DNA from: Utricularia gibba
Lineage: Eukaryota; Plantae; Magnoliophyta
DNA: 64,000 nt
Direction of reading: 5' to 3'
Assembly (NCBI GenBank): GCA_002189035.1
Contig: NEEC01000007.1
Location: 1,240,001 to 1,304,000, forward strand
The notes below the pieces were generated by a model. It was not told the origin of the DNA and did not search any database. It worked only from the letters and a program-made list of their open reading frames with translations. The position numbers were made by a program, and so were the translations under genes. Below are positions 35,485 to 50,018 of this stretch, piece by piece (position 1 is the stretch's first letter; every line of letters starts with the position of its first letter).

Positions 35485-36975
35485 GGATTGATCCAACCCT
35501 CTTACCTTCACCTCGCCCTCTATATATCATGGAAGCAGACGGAGGCCATTCCATCTTGACATCATCGGTCCATCACCTTTCTCCCTTCAATCCCGGAAAC
35601 CCATCCCAGTCGCCCCTCCATCCGCCGTCCATTGCCCCCCCTCATCCTCGGAATAGCAATGGATCAAATGTGTCTTTCAAAATCCGGCCACCGGAATTCC
35701 GGTGGCGTCCTCTCTCGAAAATATCGAAAATTAGTGATTTTTAAATAAAACATATTCATATTCAATAATGAAATTATTTATGTATAATTTATTTAAAAAA
35801 TAAATATTTTTTAAATTTATTTTCTTTTTAAAGTATAATTTATTCTTATTTGATAATAAAATTGCTAATATAACATTTTTAACACATAAAAAATTATGAA
35901 TGCTTTAATTTCATGTTGTATTTTTATTTAAATTATATGTACGGATTTGGGAATTCCAAAAGGTGGAGGGGTGAATGGAAGAGAACGAAAGTTGAGGGGT
36001 CAATTTGGAAAAGGAGTGGATTCGAACAAATACAAATACAAAGGAGTTTCGCGGTTATTACTCACAGTTGGAGTTGAATATTATATATTTTTTCCTTCTT
36101 TTTTTATTCTGTTTTTGAAAAAAAACAAGGATTAAAATCTTGTTCCTCTTCTCCTTCTCCACCTTTCTTCTTAGTCTCACTAGAGCCCACGGCAATCGCA
36201 ATCTCGTCTCCTTTTCAAGATTCTTCTTGAATTTAAAAGTCTTGATGCGGCACCAGAATGTCCTGAATTGAATCTGCTGAAGCGGTACAAGAAGGATCCT
36301 TTCTGTTGACGAGGCAACGGAAGAATATATTTGAGTGATCTTAATTGGTGAGGTTTTTTTTTTTGAATTTTGGGTTCTAGATGCTTGTGTTTTTTTTTTG
36401 TTTTGTTTCTGGGTATAATTGTTATTCTTGATTCAGGCACTTTTTTTTTTCTTCCGCGGTTACTGTGTTTTTTGTGTAGTTCAAATCTGGGTTCTTTACC
36501 CGGTTGAATTTGATTATTATGCGGCAGTTACCGTTGATTTAAGCCGTTTATACGCATTTAATTCGGGATTCAGTGTAAATTGTGGCCTGGCATTTTAGTG
36601 AACTCCACTTTCAATGAAATGATCACGATTCACGTGCCATCGCCGTTAGTTATTTCACGTTTTAAGCCTTGGGAGAACTTTCTGATTGTTTAGTTTTTTT
36701 GTTGGTTTTCATGCCGATGTAATTTCAGCTATTCTTTTACATTTTTTGTAGCAGTGTGTAGCGGGAGATATTTTTTTTCGCATATTTCCTTTGCATCCGA
36801 TATTTGTTCTTTAGAGTGAGGTATTTAATTTTTTCCCATATGTTCCAGCCTTGCATGAAAAAGGTTTTTCCTTGATAGTGAATTCATTCCTTTTCGAGCT
36901 TATTGCGTGCCTCACTAGTTAAAACTTTTCAATCTTTATGTTTCTTTGTTGTTAGGGATAGCTGATTGTTGGGGA

Positions 36976-39900
36976 ATGGGGCCTCCAAGAAAGTCAAAGA
37001 GTGTGAATAAGCGCTATGATGAAGCCTCCCCTATCAAGGAAGAATATGGTTCTAAGAGAAGCAGCAGTCGGGTGAGTTTCTGGTGTCAATGAACTGTATG
37101 CAAGCAGGGGTGCATGCATGCAGTGACTCTCCTTTTTAATAGCCCGTTTTTAACCTAAATTCAGAAAAGGAAGTTGACTGGTATGCTTGGACCTCGATGG
37201 ACAACGGATGAACTTACCCGTTTTTATCACTCTTACCGCAAGAGTGGTAAAGATTGGAAAAAGGTTTGTGTTTTTTTTTTAACTACAAATTTTGTTTGCT
37301 TAACCTCTTGACCACTTAGTCAGTTAGCTCAATTTCATGAGGTAACCATATGGGATTTTCTGTTGTTGTGTGCTTCTTTCCTCTCCAAAATATTGCTTTC
37401 TTATGCACCCCCTTGGACGCTGAACTCTTTAGCACAACTCCAAAGTTACCTTAAAAGGTAATTTTTATATTCCATTCACTTCTTTTCCTGTGTATGCAGG
37501 TTGCGTCTGCTGTGAAAAATCGTACTCCTGACATGGTCGAAGCCCTTCACTCAATGAACAAAGTAACAAATTTTTTTTTTTTTTTTTGAAAATGTGGTTT
37601 CCATTCTTTTGGATGGATTGTGCATAATTTTTTCTTACATTCACTTTTGACTGCCAATATGTGTTGTTTTTTCTTTTATTAATCTATTATTTTGCAGCTA
37701 AAGTTCTTGATTTTCAGGCATACTTATCTCTTCCACATGGAACTGCTTCTGCTGCAGGGCTAATAGCTATGATGACCGACCATTACAGTAATCTGGTAAG
37801 TTCGGCCACAGACATGTTTTTGATGGTTTTCTCCAAAGATAGCATGGTGAATTTTCATTTTTTTATTGGCATGAATTTCTAGTGATAACGTGGGATTGGA
37901 TCTTAGCTTTTGTTTCTCTCATGTGCATGCTTTCTGGTTCTATGCGCTTCCTCATCCTATGTGCCTGATGCATTGTCAAAGACAGATCATTGACACGATA
38001 ACTTCAATCGATGATTACATGCAGCTTCAAGAATCTTAGTTTATGAGATGTCCTATCTCCTTTTTTCAACAGGCAGGAAGTGATAGTGATCGAGATAGCA
38101 ATGATGGTGCGGGATCATCAAGAAGGATCCAAAATCGTGCTCGTGGAAAAAATCCATCTAAAGCATTAGATGAGCATTATGCTTCACAATCACCCATCAC
38201 TGAGTCAGATATTGGTTGCATATCACTGTTAAAGAGGAAGCGTTCAGGTTGAACTTATTGACATGCAAATCATATTTTGGTACATAATGATTGTCTTTAA
38301 GTGTTTGAGTCAATATTGATTTTTTCTTTTTCAAATGTGTATTTTTGGTTTGATAAAAATGGTGTAAATTTAGAGTTCTTTTAAATTTGGTTGGGGCTGG
38401 AGTGCCCACTCATCTCAAATACTGTCTAGGGTTTTCCTGCAGCAACACACTGTTCTGTTCTGTTCTTGTTATCATTTTAAGAAATTTCATGCCCACTTTG
38501 TTTCATTCATCTGCTGTCTCTCGTGAAACATTTGCAATTCACTGTATGTTCGATATGGTGATTTTTTTTTCTCCTTCACATTCTACATGTTGACCTCCTG
38601 CCTTTCAGGAATGAGACCGCGTCCTGTTGGGAAAAGAACACCAAGGTTCCCAGTTTCGTTTTCACACGATAATACAAATGTAATTTATTCATCTCCAAAT
38701 AAACGCTTGAAGTTGGAAGACTATGCTGATGATGAAGAAGTGGCGCTGGCATTAGCTTTGACAGAGGCTTCACAAAGGGGTGGTTCCCTCAGGTTTCTGG
38801 AACACCAAGTAAAATAGCTGAAACGGTCATGACATCCCATTTTAGGCATACTCTGAGAAAGGTAACGATTAATAAAAGTTATATGCGAGACATGTTCTTT
38901 TTTTCTCACAAAGCTGCTGTTTGCGACAGCATACTGCTGTGGAAGCTGCAACCAAGATTTTTCCAAATGAGATGGACGAAGAAGATCTTGAAGGAAGCGC
39001 AGAAGCTGATACTGGGGAGTTGATAAGATCCATTGGTGATGAGGCGATAAGGAAAAGGAATGTAAACCATGAGGGGGGAAATATTGAAACTGATATCCAT
39101 AATGAAAACCATGCGAATGACATTAAGGAAGAATGCAGTGGAACAGAGGAAGGCCATGGGCTGCATGTAGCAGGAAGCAAGTTTGATGTCGAGGTCAATG
39201 ATTCTAAGGGTTTTTTGACCACTCAAACCCAGAGAAAGAAGACTAAAAAAGGTCTTTTTAGAAAAGGTATGATGAATGCTTATTATATTCTTTTCTGAAT
39301 GAATGTCAATGTATGCCCATTTTAGCGATTTAACATGCCAACTTTAGCCAGTTAACCTTTGAGCTTGAAAAAAGGGTGGAACGTTTACTGGGCATGATGT
39401 TGTAGTCACTTGTAATTTAGTTTTAAAATTAACTTAATCTCTGTAGATGAAGGGCCCATCTTTGATGCTTTACAAACTCTTGCTGATCTATCGCTGTCGA
39501 TGCCACCTGACAATGAAGATGGTACGTGAAATTGATCTCTTTTCCTAGTGCTTAACTAGACTATGTACGTTGAGTTTCTGAGCTCTTTAATCCTCTGTGA
39601 TAAGTGCAGCTAAAACTTCATCGCTTCATTGGCCAGCATTATTGGAATTTTGATAAATACTGCCACTCTTCAACTGCATTTCAAAATTACTGTTGCGCTG
39701 TTTATAAAGCCTTCATGAGTTTCTAGATGTTTCTCAGTCAAATGATCCATCCCATTTTCCAGTGTCCACATTGCAGCTAAAAGAAAATCAAGGTCATGCT
39801 GATGAGTCCATGCCACTTGAAACTAATCCAATTCATTCAAGAGAAAAGTTTAGATCCTCGGTATTAGAATGAAGGCACCTCTGGTATCAGAAGGGGCATC

Positions 39901-42900
39901 ACGTAAAACATCAAAGCCCAGGAAACAGGCAGATTTTGATGATGGCTCTGTTCTTGAGAAGACACAGGATCCTGGGCATGCTATCACCAAAACAGGAAGA
40001 AAAACGAGAAAGGTATCAGTGCCCATGGCGTGAAGCAGTGACTGACATTATATTGGTAGAACTTTGGCATGATTGAACTTACGAAATTTATTCTTTGTGA
40101 TGCAGAAGAAAGAAGCTAAGGATGATACTCTAGTCACAAGAACCCGCGGGTTGAGGTATCAGACTGTTTGGCTGCAATTTACTTATTAGGGATAATATGC
40201 CTTCCTCGAGTCTGTCTTTTTCAATCTTAATTATTCTGGTGATTTTTTTAAATAAAAATATAATATTATGATTTTTGCCTCATTTCTACGGAAGTTGAAT
40301 TGATGCCATCTTTCAATTTGAACAATGAGGAATGGGTATCAAGTTAGATTCTCCTTCTTGTCAATTTTTTTCTCTATCTGAATGAAAACCTAGGTAATCT
40401 TAGCGACATTCCTTTCTTCAGGCTGCAGATTCAGGGAAGAAGATGCCCAAGGGTAGGGTATCTCCTCAAAGGGGTTCACAGAGTCTGATTAAAATCTCCG
40501 AAAACTCATTCAATGCTGATGCACGGAAAGAAGCAAGTGACTCGGGGCAATCTGCTGCTCAGAATCCTGAGCCTAACCAAGATATGCTGCCAATTAAAGT
40601 GAAGTGCAAGCGTAAAACAGTTGCTAAAAAACTGGAGGCTCAGAAAGACCCGAAGCTTTCTGATAAAAAGCCATGTGATCACAGTTCTCTCCCCGAAATA
40701 GCAATCAATCTTAAGGTTTTAATATCTAGTTAATTTTCTCCTCTTCTTCATCTTCTTCTAATCTTGTTGCATTGCTGTTCAAATAGTAACTTCCAATGTT
40801 CTCATTTCTTCTCTTTCTAGGATCAGAACAAGCTCTCAAGTTGTCTATCAAATCAGCATCTTAGAAGATTTTGCACCTTCGAGTGGTTCTATAGTGCCAT
40901 CGATTATCCGTGGTTTGCTAAGAAAGAGTTTGATGAATATCTGAATCATGTTGGACTGGGCCACGTTCCAAGATTAACTCGCACTGAGTGGAGTTTCATA
41001 AGAAGGTATAGACTGATTGGATTTCTTACAGACCTTGTACGGCCAATACTAACTTCTCATTCTGATGTTGAAACAGTTCATTGGGTAAACCAAGGAGATT
41101 CTCAAAACAGTTCCTGAAGCAGGAAAAAGATAAGCTTAATCAGTATCGGGATTCTGTTAGAAAACATTACACAGAGCTTCGAGAAGGCACTCGAGAAGGG
41201 CTGCCAACCGACCTTGCTAGGCCTTTATCAGTGGGGCAACGTGTCATTGCCATTCATCCAAAGACAAGAGAGATTCAAGATGGGAGTGTGCTTACTGTCG
41301 ATCATTCTAGGTTTCATGTTCAGTTTAATCGCAGTGACCTGGGAGTTGAATTCGTTATGGTAATAGTGATTATTTTGTGGTGGACTTTTTGCAGGCAGTC
41401 CAGTGTTAGCTTCTGGGTGCCTTTTCAAGTTACCTTATTTGATTTGATTTCTCTCCTCACAGGACATTGACTGTATGCCGTTGAATCCTATTGAGAACAT
41501 GCCTGCAATGCTTGGTAGACGGATTGCTTTTGCAGATAGACATTTTGAGAGCAATGAACAGAAAACTAGTGGACTGGTAAAAGAGTACACGAAGGTTTCC
41601 CATGATGACAATCTGGAGAATGCTGATGGTGCGCCTCATTCGTCGCCATTTGCTAATCATGTAGCCGCTTCATTGAAAGAGACGAAGGTCTGAGCTTCTT
41701 CCTGTTTTAAATGTTTTTATAAATTACAAGCAAATAGCACATTCTGACCTGGGTATCCTGCTCAGGTCCATTCGAAGGAGGCTGATGCTGAAGCCCTTGC
41801 AGATCTGTCTCGTGCACTGAATAAAAAGGTGGCATCGCACACCCTCGTCTATATGATCCATCAATTAGGGATCTGCTACAAAGTAGTAGTGGAGTCTGTT
41901 ACTAATGATAACAAGCCCTTTTCTTACAGGAAGCCATTGTTGCTGAGCTAAGACTCATGAATGATGATGTATTGGAAAGCCAAAAGGATGGTGGTAGCTC
42001 TTTGAAGGACCAAGAGACATTTGAAAAGCGATATGCCGCAGTTTTGATGATGTTGAATGAAGCCAATGAACAGGTATGCCATTATATGAAAGCCCAGAGA
42101 CATGGCGTACATCTGCTACTAGAATGGCCGGTTCCCTGCATTTTTATCCTCGAGAATTAATGGTCAATTTGATCCCCCCAGGTTGCTTGTGCTCTTCGTC
42201 ATTTACGACAGCGCAATAAATACCTGGAAACTCGTCAACTTGCAAGTCCGGCAACCAATCTTTCTGATCATATTGGGACATGGGACCCGTTTGATCGCCC
42301 AGGGGATGAACCAGGATCGCATGTAAGTGACATCATGGATAGCTCAAGAACCAAGGCTCAAATGATGCTGGATGCTGCAATCCAGGTACATGGAAGCTTT
42401 CATTTCTTTTTTTTTTTTTTTTTTGCATTGTTGGTGATCCAAGCGCTGCGCTTGCAGGCAATGTCATCGCTAAACAGCAGAACCGACGACATTCAGAAAA
42501 TCGAGGAAGCAATAGATTATGTGAATGACCGGCTGCCCACCGATGAACCCTGTGTAAGCCTTCTTCGTTTATCATTCATTTGCATTTCAGGTTTTCATTC
42601 ACTGAATGGCACAAACCGAATGTTGTTGCAGGTCACCGACCAGAAACCTATAAACCCACCCGAAGTTGAGGCGCAGTACCCTTACGATCTGATCATGAAA
42701 TGCATAGCAACCATGGTTATGATTCAGGTGAACTCGAATATGAACCATCACTTCATCCCTCTCATGCCTACTTACCGGGTCATTCCCATTCCTGCAGAAA
42801 TGCACTGAGCGGCAGTTCCCACCATCGGACGTCGCTCAGATTCTAGACTACGCCGTCACAAGTTTACAGCCACGAAGTTCACAAAACCTGCCTGTTTACA

Positions 42901-42962
42901 CGGATATACAGAAGTGCTTTGGCATCATCAAGAACCAAATTTTGGCACTTATTCCAACGTAG
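36976..42962 (+). CDS. ALY: ALWAYS EARLY (LIN-9/DREAM complex subunit; SANT plus DIRP domains), about 20 exons; at least two apparent single-base frameshifts (38786-38788, 39868-39869)
   Basis: [18 protein letters not shown] exon [14 protein letters not shown]...GKDWKK, DIRP exon [18 protein letters not shown]...[12 protein letters not shown], and C-terminus [17 protein letters not shown]...[11 protein letters not shown]. Confidence 0.93.
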
Positions 42963-43636
42963 CCATCAACTCATGTTAGATTGTGAAGGACAACTGAGCT
43001 CCCCTATTCTTTCTGATGGTTCTTCGTACAGGAGAGATGGTGAAGAGACACGTGTGCTGGAAAGAAACTTGTGTACATTTCCATGGTTCTTAATATATCG
43101 AATATTTTTTAGCAGATCAGTGACTACTTTGAGTGCTGCAGCCACCTGTCAGCAGCAGTAATGCATTCGCTAATCAGGGCGTATCAAACTGTAATAAAGT
43201 ACTCCCTGTTCTTTTAGCTCCGAAGTACAATTTTTTTTATTGGATTTAGTACGAGGTAAATCTCATGGTCATTTATTTATAAAATATTTTATATAATTTT
43301 TCACTCAATTCTGATACATTTTATTCATATAATGTCTACATTTTTCGTTACCATTCCAAATCTGTATTTAAATTTTTAATATGCAATTATAACCATGGTA
43401 TAACTTCACCATGAGTGAAGGTTTTAACAAAAAAAAACACATTTATTACAAAACGTAGACACTGACCAAGATTTCCATTCAAGCAAAAAGCTTCTGCACA
43501 GGGGAGATTTTTCTCAGGATCTTCTGAAATCCACTCAGCTTTTCCTCATTCGTCTGCAAATTAAACTAGACATAGCCACGAGGCCAATCCAAACGTGTAC
43601 ATGAAGAATCTATTGTGGGATCCGAGGTTCCACCAT

Positions 43637-46600
43637 TTAGCTACCCAGGAGAAACCGAAACACGTCAGTCAATGAAACGATACCTTGTACACGCTTGCTT
43701 CCAGCCTCAACGACAACGAGCCGCCTCACACCTGGAAAAAAATGTTTATGCTTGAGGGGCGGAAGAGAAAAAGCTTGGGTGAGAAAAACGAACGAAGTGA
43801 AAGGTAACCTGGCTGAGATAATTTCTCCAACACCTTGTGAAGTGGATCAGTGCGCAAGCACATATGGCATCTCTGATTATGGTATCCATAGGGTGAAAAC
43901 GGGTCATCTCTGTACTGCAACGCCTGGGGTTAAGAAAGGGCAATCCATAAGATGTCTAATATTTCAAAGACGGAATATAAACGATGAGTTCCAACAAATT
44001 ATGCTCTTCACACAAGTAAAGTCACGAATGTTGCACAGGGATATGACTAATCTAAAAAAGGCAAGATGTTTACTTGATGAATAGTGGTCTCTTCAAGATT
44101 AATGTGTGTATAAATCCTGTCCTTTGCCAACGAAGTTATATCACTGCAAAACCAAACGGCATGTGAATCCATGAAATAATTGAGATAAGAAAACTCTAAC
44201 TCCATGCACTAAAAGCAGCTCATAATGGTACTTGCCTTCGAGAATATACATCCACTAAGGAGTCATTATCATCAACAATAGGGATCGAACTAACTTGAGC
44301 TGTGGTAGAATGCACCACAAAGCATCAGCAGAATCTACTTAATCTCACATGACAATTATTGCAGGAAAAAGCAGAGTGATAATAAAAGAGAATCAATTAT
44401 TAAAATCTCCATTTAATAGAAAAAGATGCTTACACACCTTGAATTAACAAATTTAGCACCGCACTTAGCGAAGCATTAGATCTCATGATGGCCAAGGGCC
44501 GTTGGTTTGGCTCCCCAATTTTTGGAGCCCAGGAGCCTACAGGAACTGCAAACAGTGGGAACTGAAGCACTGAGAGTGAACTTGGTGAATACTTAAAGAA
44601 TCTGCAAATACCTGCAAAATAAGTTTTCATATAACAAGCTTCCAATATATGTGACAGCAACTTTCAGGATTCGGAATTTTCTACAATCATAGCATCTTAA
44701 ACATCCTTACATTTTAATACCCCAGAAAGTGAAGCTAGATGCAGTAAATGTGGGTTTAAGCCATCAACTGATGAAGAATGAAGAATTGGAATTGCAGCAA
44801 AACCACTTTGCAGAATCTTTAAAACAACTTCTTTCAGACTGTCATCTGGTCCAGCCTGAAAATTGCCCCGATAACAAGGAACTGCTAAATTTCTGATTCA
44901 CGATCAAAAGCATGGAGTTTCAATCACTTATCCATTTCTATAACTCACATGCACAAGTCCTCTTGAAATGACTCGTGTTAGTCCATTAATTTGACCATTT
45001 AGGTAGGACTTCGCTTCCTTCCATGCAGATATTGTGTGTGTTTCAAGCTCCTCTTCAGTCAAATTGGATCCATGTCTTCTAAGCTGCCGGCATCAAGAAC
45101 AGTGAAAAAATCAAGCATAGATTCCTTAAGTAATTAAAAGGAACCTGGACAGCCGTGAACAAAGAGGTTATATTTGAAAAGTGAACACTCTGTACAGTAA
45201 ATTAATTCCCTTACCATTCAAGGCAAGATCAAGGATTAGAAACACCTTATTGTAACATTTTATAACAGGTAGAGCAATATACATAAATTGATATGCATTA
45301 TCAAGAATTGGTAGCAGCAATAGGATTAATAGCCCATCTGACATGCACTATATTTTCATGCTACTGCAACTGATCATAAATAAAACGCCATAAATTGCAT
45401 GCATTACAAAAAATTGGTTGAACCAATCAAATAAGAAATCTATCTGGCAGAAAGAAAACTTTAATTCATCAAGTACGACCCTCAAAAAGGTATGAGGGAC
45501 ATATGTTTATACCTCCTTCATGATTAAAATAAAATCCTGAGCGCTCAGAACTCCCACAAATTTCCCCTTTGAGAAATCCCATAAGGGCGCCATAGATATT
45601 CCCTTCAAAAACATGAAGCAAAAAATGAGGACACTGCAAGGCCGGGCTATGCTTTCCATGAGCACTTATCCTTTTAGAAAGCATTAGCTTCAGGAGTGTA
45701 ATGTACATTACATACTTGTTCGTGAAAAATATGAAAGGCTTGCTTTACTGGGAGTTCCACATCCAATGCAATAACCTGCAAACAGTTAAAAAATAGGGAA
45801 AAAATGCTCCATAATTCAAATGCGATAATAAGATAAATACCTTTCCAGATTCAGGAAGCAACTCATAGGCGAAGTGCTTTGTCAAAAACTCAGCAACACG
45901 CTCTCTGGAGTTCCTCAGATCTGATTTTGAAATCATTGGTGATGATTCAGGTGACGTAGTATCAGAAACCCGAACCTAAGATGATTAAAAAAAAACATCA
46001 TAACATATACGCACCACATTCGGGAAATAATATACCAAAAACCGCAAGATAAAGTAGTAAAAAAATAATTTTTCCTAGGGTATAGAGCCAGTAATATTGC
46101 AAAATAAATTAGGCATGGCATTCATACCACTTGATGGAAGACCCCATTTTCCACATCCATACTAGAGACAGGACCTGACGGGGACACCTGTGGACTTAGC
46201 ATCACTTGACGATGTTCAGATTCATGTGTCAAGATGATAGTGTTCACTGTCCCAATATTACTGGTTATGAAAGGATGGTGTTCATCGTGTCTCCATTCAC
46301 CATCTACCACAAATTTAAACTGCAGAACATGCAGCCAGCGTTATTTACTATAAAAAAAAATTCAGTCTACGAGGGAAAAAATAATTTCATTACATGCATT
46401 GGACCTGTTCTCTCCCCCAACTTTATTTAGTTGGTGATTATGTGAAATTCTACAATTTCCTTTATCCTCAAAAAGGAACACGTGCATTCGAGTTAAAAAT
46501 ATGATTTTAGAACACCAGATTAGATAACGTACTCTGAAAAAAAAAAACACATACACACACACAAACTCCCGCCAGGTAAAATAAAAAATGCCCGAAAAAT

Positions 46601-47073
46601 TCCAGAATATAGACGCTAATTCATCTGCTTTGATACCATTATTTGCAAACCATGTCAATTTGAAAACAGTAAGATGACATCAATTGAGGTGGAAAACTTT
46701 GAAACTTGAAATGTTGACAAGAAACATAAAGACAGCAAAAACCTCAACAAAAAAAGCGGACCTGGTGGTAACCAGGTGGAAGACTACAAATTGTCTGAAA
46801 TACTGTAGGGCAACCTTCAATGGGCGTCATTGGCCACTGCGTCCATCTGAAAATTTAACATGCATTATAGTTTCCAGCTATTCAAATCAGCCAGAAATTT
46901 TAGACAGTGAAAAATCTAGCACCCAGATATATATTAGCATCAAATCGCGTGAAAACATACCCCGTAAAGGAGCCACTAATATACACGGACCTCCCACCAT
47001 ACGGCCAGACAAAGCGATATGGAATCAAAACCATCCCACTTTCACGAGGGTAATCCACGGTAAGAGGATACAT
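43637..47073 (-). CDS. SNF4: SnRK1 betagamma subunit (SNF4-like; CBM48 plus four CBS domains)
   Basis: [38 protein letters not shown] / PGYHQ / [12 protein letters not shown] / [26 protein letters not shown] / [12 protein letters not shown] / [30 protein letters not shown]. Confidence 0.95.
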
Positions 47074-47841
47074 TCACTTCTTTGAAACCCCAGATTTCCC
47101 AGGAAGCATTTGTTAATCAAAAAAATTCATCAGTACATGCGCATCAAACAACAATTGGAAGACCCCGAAAGCCCATCCAGCTGAACACAATCGTTTGGCT
47201 TGCAAAACCCAAAATTCGAGTTAGCGCGCCACAATTCGACAGGCCTTTTGAATCTATCCAAAGCACAACCGCTACACCGACAAAGCTGAAGAAAAAGACA
47301 GCAAATAGCGCCAATAATCACAAACCGCCCACATGACGAAAAGAATACACGCCCCGTTAAAAGTTGGCAGCACCAACGCCAAAAGTCCCCATGAATCATA
47401 AACACTTGAACGTAGTAATCAATGGAAAACAGTTTGCCGAGGAGCAATCCCCTTGCCCTAACCCTAAATTTTCCCAATGTGCGGAATCATATTGGGGGAA
47501 AAAACTCCCTATCCCATTTCCTGCGCAAATAAGCTTCAGATAGAAATCATTTGTGGGTCCCAACATTTTATTTTTAAATTCTTTGTCAATTATGACTCAC
47601 AACATCATGTTTAAAATAAAAAAATAAAATCATAGATTTTTCTTTTTTGAAAAAAAATAATTCTATCACTTTTTCTTTTAAATTCTATTTTACAAAAAAT
47701 CAGACAAAAAAGCTCAGCTTTTTCAGCTTACTAATAATAGTAACAGCAATCCAAGAAAGGAAAGGCGCTGATGAGCAACGCGCCTCTGCATCTGGAAAAA
47801 GAAAGAATAAAAAGCAGAAACCCCAAAAGCCGGCGAAAGGC

Positions 47842-50018
47842 TCAAGGGAAGCGAGAAAGCAGCCATCTTGATGAAGCTTCATAGGCGACGAAGGTAACAG
47901 CGCCGGCAGGGGCGGCTTTGATGACGGAGGGGACGATGCCCTTGTACAGCCCGCCCAGCCCTCGTTCTGGAAGATCTGGTACAGCCCATCGCCCATGTTT
48001 CTGTATGTACGGGGAGCCACCCGAGCTCCGTATCGCAGATCTCGCTGCAGCCCTTCAACCTGTCGGATATATGGATGATCTCCATGTTGGTTGGTTGGGT
48101 ATGGAGGATTGGTGAATGAATGGAGATGCATCTTGGGAGCATGTACCTGAAATCTCTTCTTGACAACGTCGAGTGGATGGCAAACAACTTTGGCCACGGT
48201 TCCGGCGGCTAATCCGCAAATGAAAAGCTGGAAGCTTGTGAGGGCATCGGATGTTGTTGGTTCATCAGGAGAATGACGGTGATTCCAGGCCTAGAGAAAC
48301 AAAGCAGCAGCACTACAGAGTGAAACCTAGTCGGTTGGGGTGTAAACAGATGTTGAAGGAGTAAACAGGAAGGTGAAGTTCACCATTGCCCAACGTTTGA
48401 ATGTATCATAAGTGCCAAACTGCAACCCTGCGTATGGCGCTATCTCAACTAGTGTGGGGGTCAGCCCTGCATAAAGCCCTTGAATTCCACGGTTTCTAAG
48501 TATATCAACAAATGCAGACCTCATAGTAGGATATACCTGATCATAAGCACACAACTGAAGTCAAAAGTATTGAATACTCATTTTTCAAAAAAGTAACATA
48601 TCAGAGTCGTTCACCATGTTGTCTGGAGGTCGGATATTGAAGTGAAAGAATGGAAAAATCATGATTCAATAAAATTGTATTCCACAAGAAAGAGTAACCA
48701 GGATACCTTTGGTTCCCCCTGTGAAGCCAAAATTGTGCGTAAGAGATCAAATGGATATGATCCTACTGTGGCTGCACATCCTGCTATTGCCCCACTGGCA
48801 TAAGAAAGATACGGAAAAGGGTTTGCTGCAAGTATAATATAAAAAAAGAATATAAGGACTGAGAAAAGAGGTTATGACTAAGATCTGTTTTAATGGCTTC
48901 TATAATGGGTCTTATGCAATAAAAATTTCATTGCTCTCTCTGTGCTTCCCTTGTTTTAATAGAAAACTTTGCACTAGAAATCATTTTCAAGATGTGATGA
49001 ATAAAAAGGAGAGTCATTCATTGGAAAATGGACATATTAGCAAACCTGCGTTTTTAGAACCAGATGCTAATGACTTTATTTGGTGCAAAACTGCAAACTG
49101 TATCGCTGTATATGGCATAACCATAAGTAGTGCCGGGACGTTGCCCTCCAAAACCCCTGGATCAGAAAGAATAAAATAACTTCAGTTTTTACAAATATTA
49201 ACCACAAGAATAAAAAAGCTACTCATTATACACTGATCTGATTCCTTCAAAATATAGAATGGAGATGCCAAATGCATAGGATCATATAAGCATGCAAAGA
49301 AAACAACTATCGCAGCTGCAGCTGTCATTAGATTTCATGAAACATCCAATAAATGAGTTTTTCATGATGAATACCTGGAAACCTTCCTCCTTAAAAATGT
49401 CTTTAGTTGCTTGCAGGACACTGGTATATTTCGATGGACCGTATGCATTTCTCTGGAGCAAAGCCCACTGTGATGTGGGCTCAAGCTGAACCTGTACACA
49501 CCAGAAACTGAATACATTAAACGTTCCCTAAAACCGCTGATAAAAACGAGCTGAGAAGCTATGCCTCTTAGATTTTGATTTTAATGACAGTGAGTTTAAA
49601 AAATATACGGCTACCATCAAACAATAGAATCAAAACACGACATGATGTGAATAACTGACAAAAATTTAACAAACAGCGAAGCATAAAGCCACACAAAAAC
49701 GCTACAAAGAACAAATTCCATGCCCATAACCCAATCATCACACAAAACTTAGCATAAATATTATAAAGAACAAACTATGCCATGATCTCATCAATGACCG
49801 ACCTTGAAAGACAATGAGCGTAGAGGCAAACAGCAACATTACAAGGAACCAATTCACCAAAGTCCCAAAACAATAGTAACGCAAGCACAACAATACCTCA
49901 CCTGAAACCTGATCTTGATAACATCAAGAGGCGATGTGACAGTCCTCGAAACAGCACCAGAAAAAGCACCTGCGGAAGCATCAATCAAAGCCCTCTTCAG
50001 ACGCCAGGGTTCCTCCAT
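47842..50018 (-). CDS. TPC: Mitochondrial thiamine diphosphate carrier (SLC25A19/TPC1 type); one apparent frameshift at 47950-47952
   Basis: [39 protein letters not shown]; three PX[D/E]XX[K/R]X[R/K] carrier signatures ([24 protein letters not shown]). One extra G gives [27 protein letters not shown]...*. Confidence 0.92.

Noticed and set aside
43198-43230. Stowaway-like terminus TACTCCCT
   Set aside because: No matching second terminal inverted repeat nearby.
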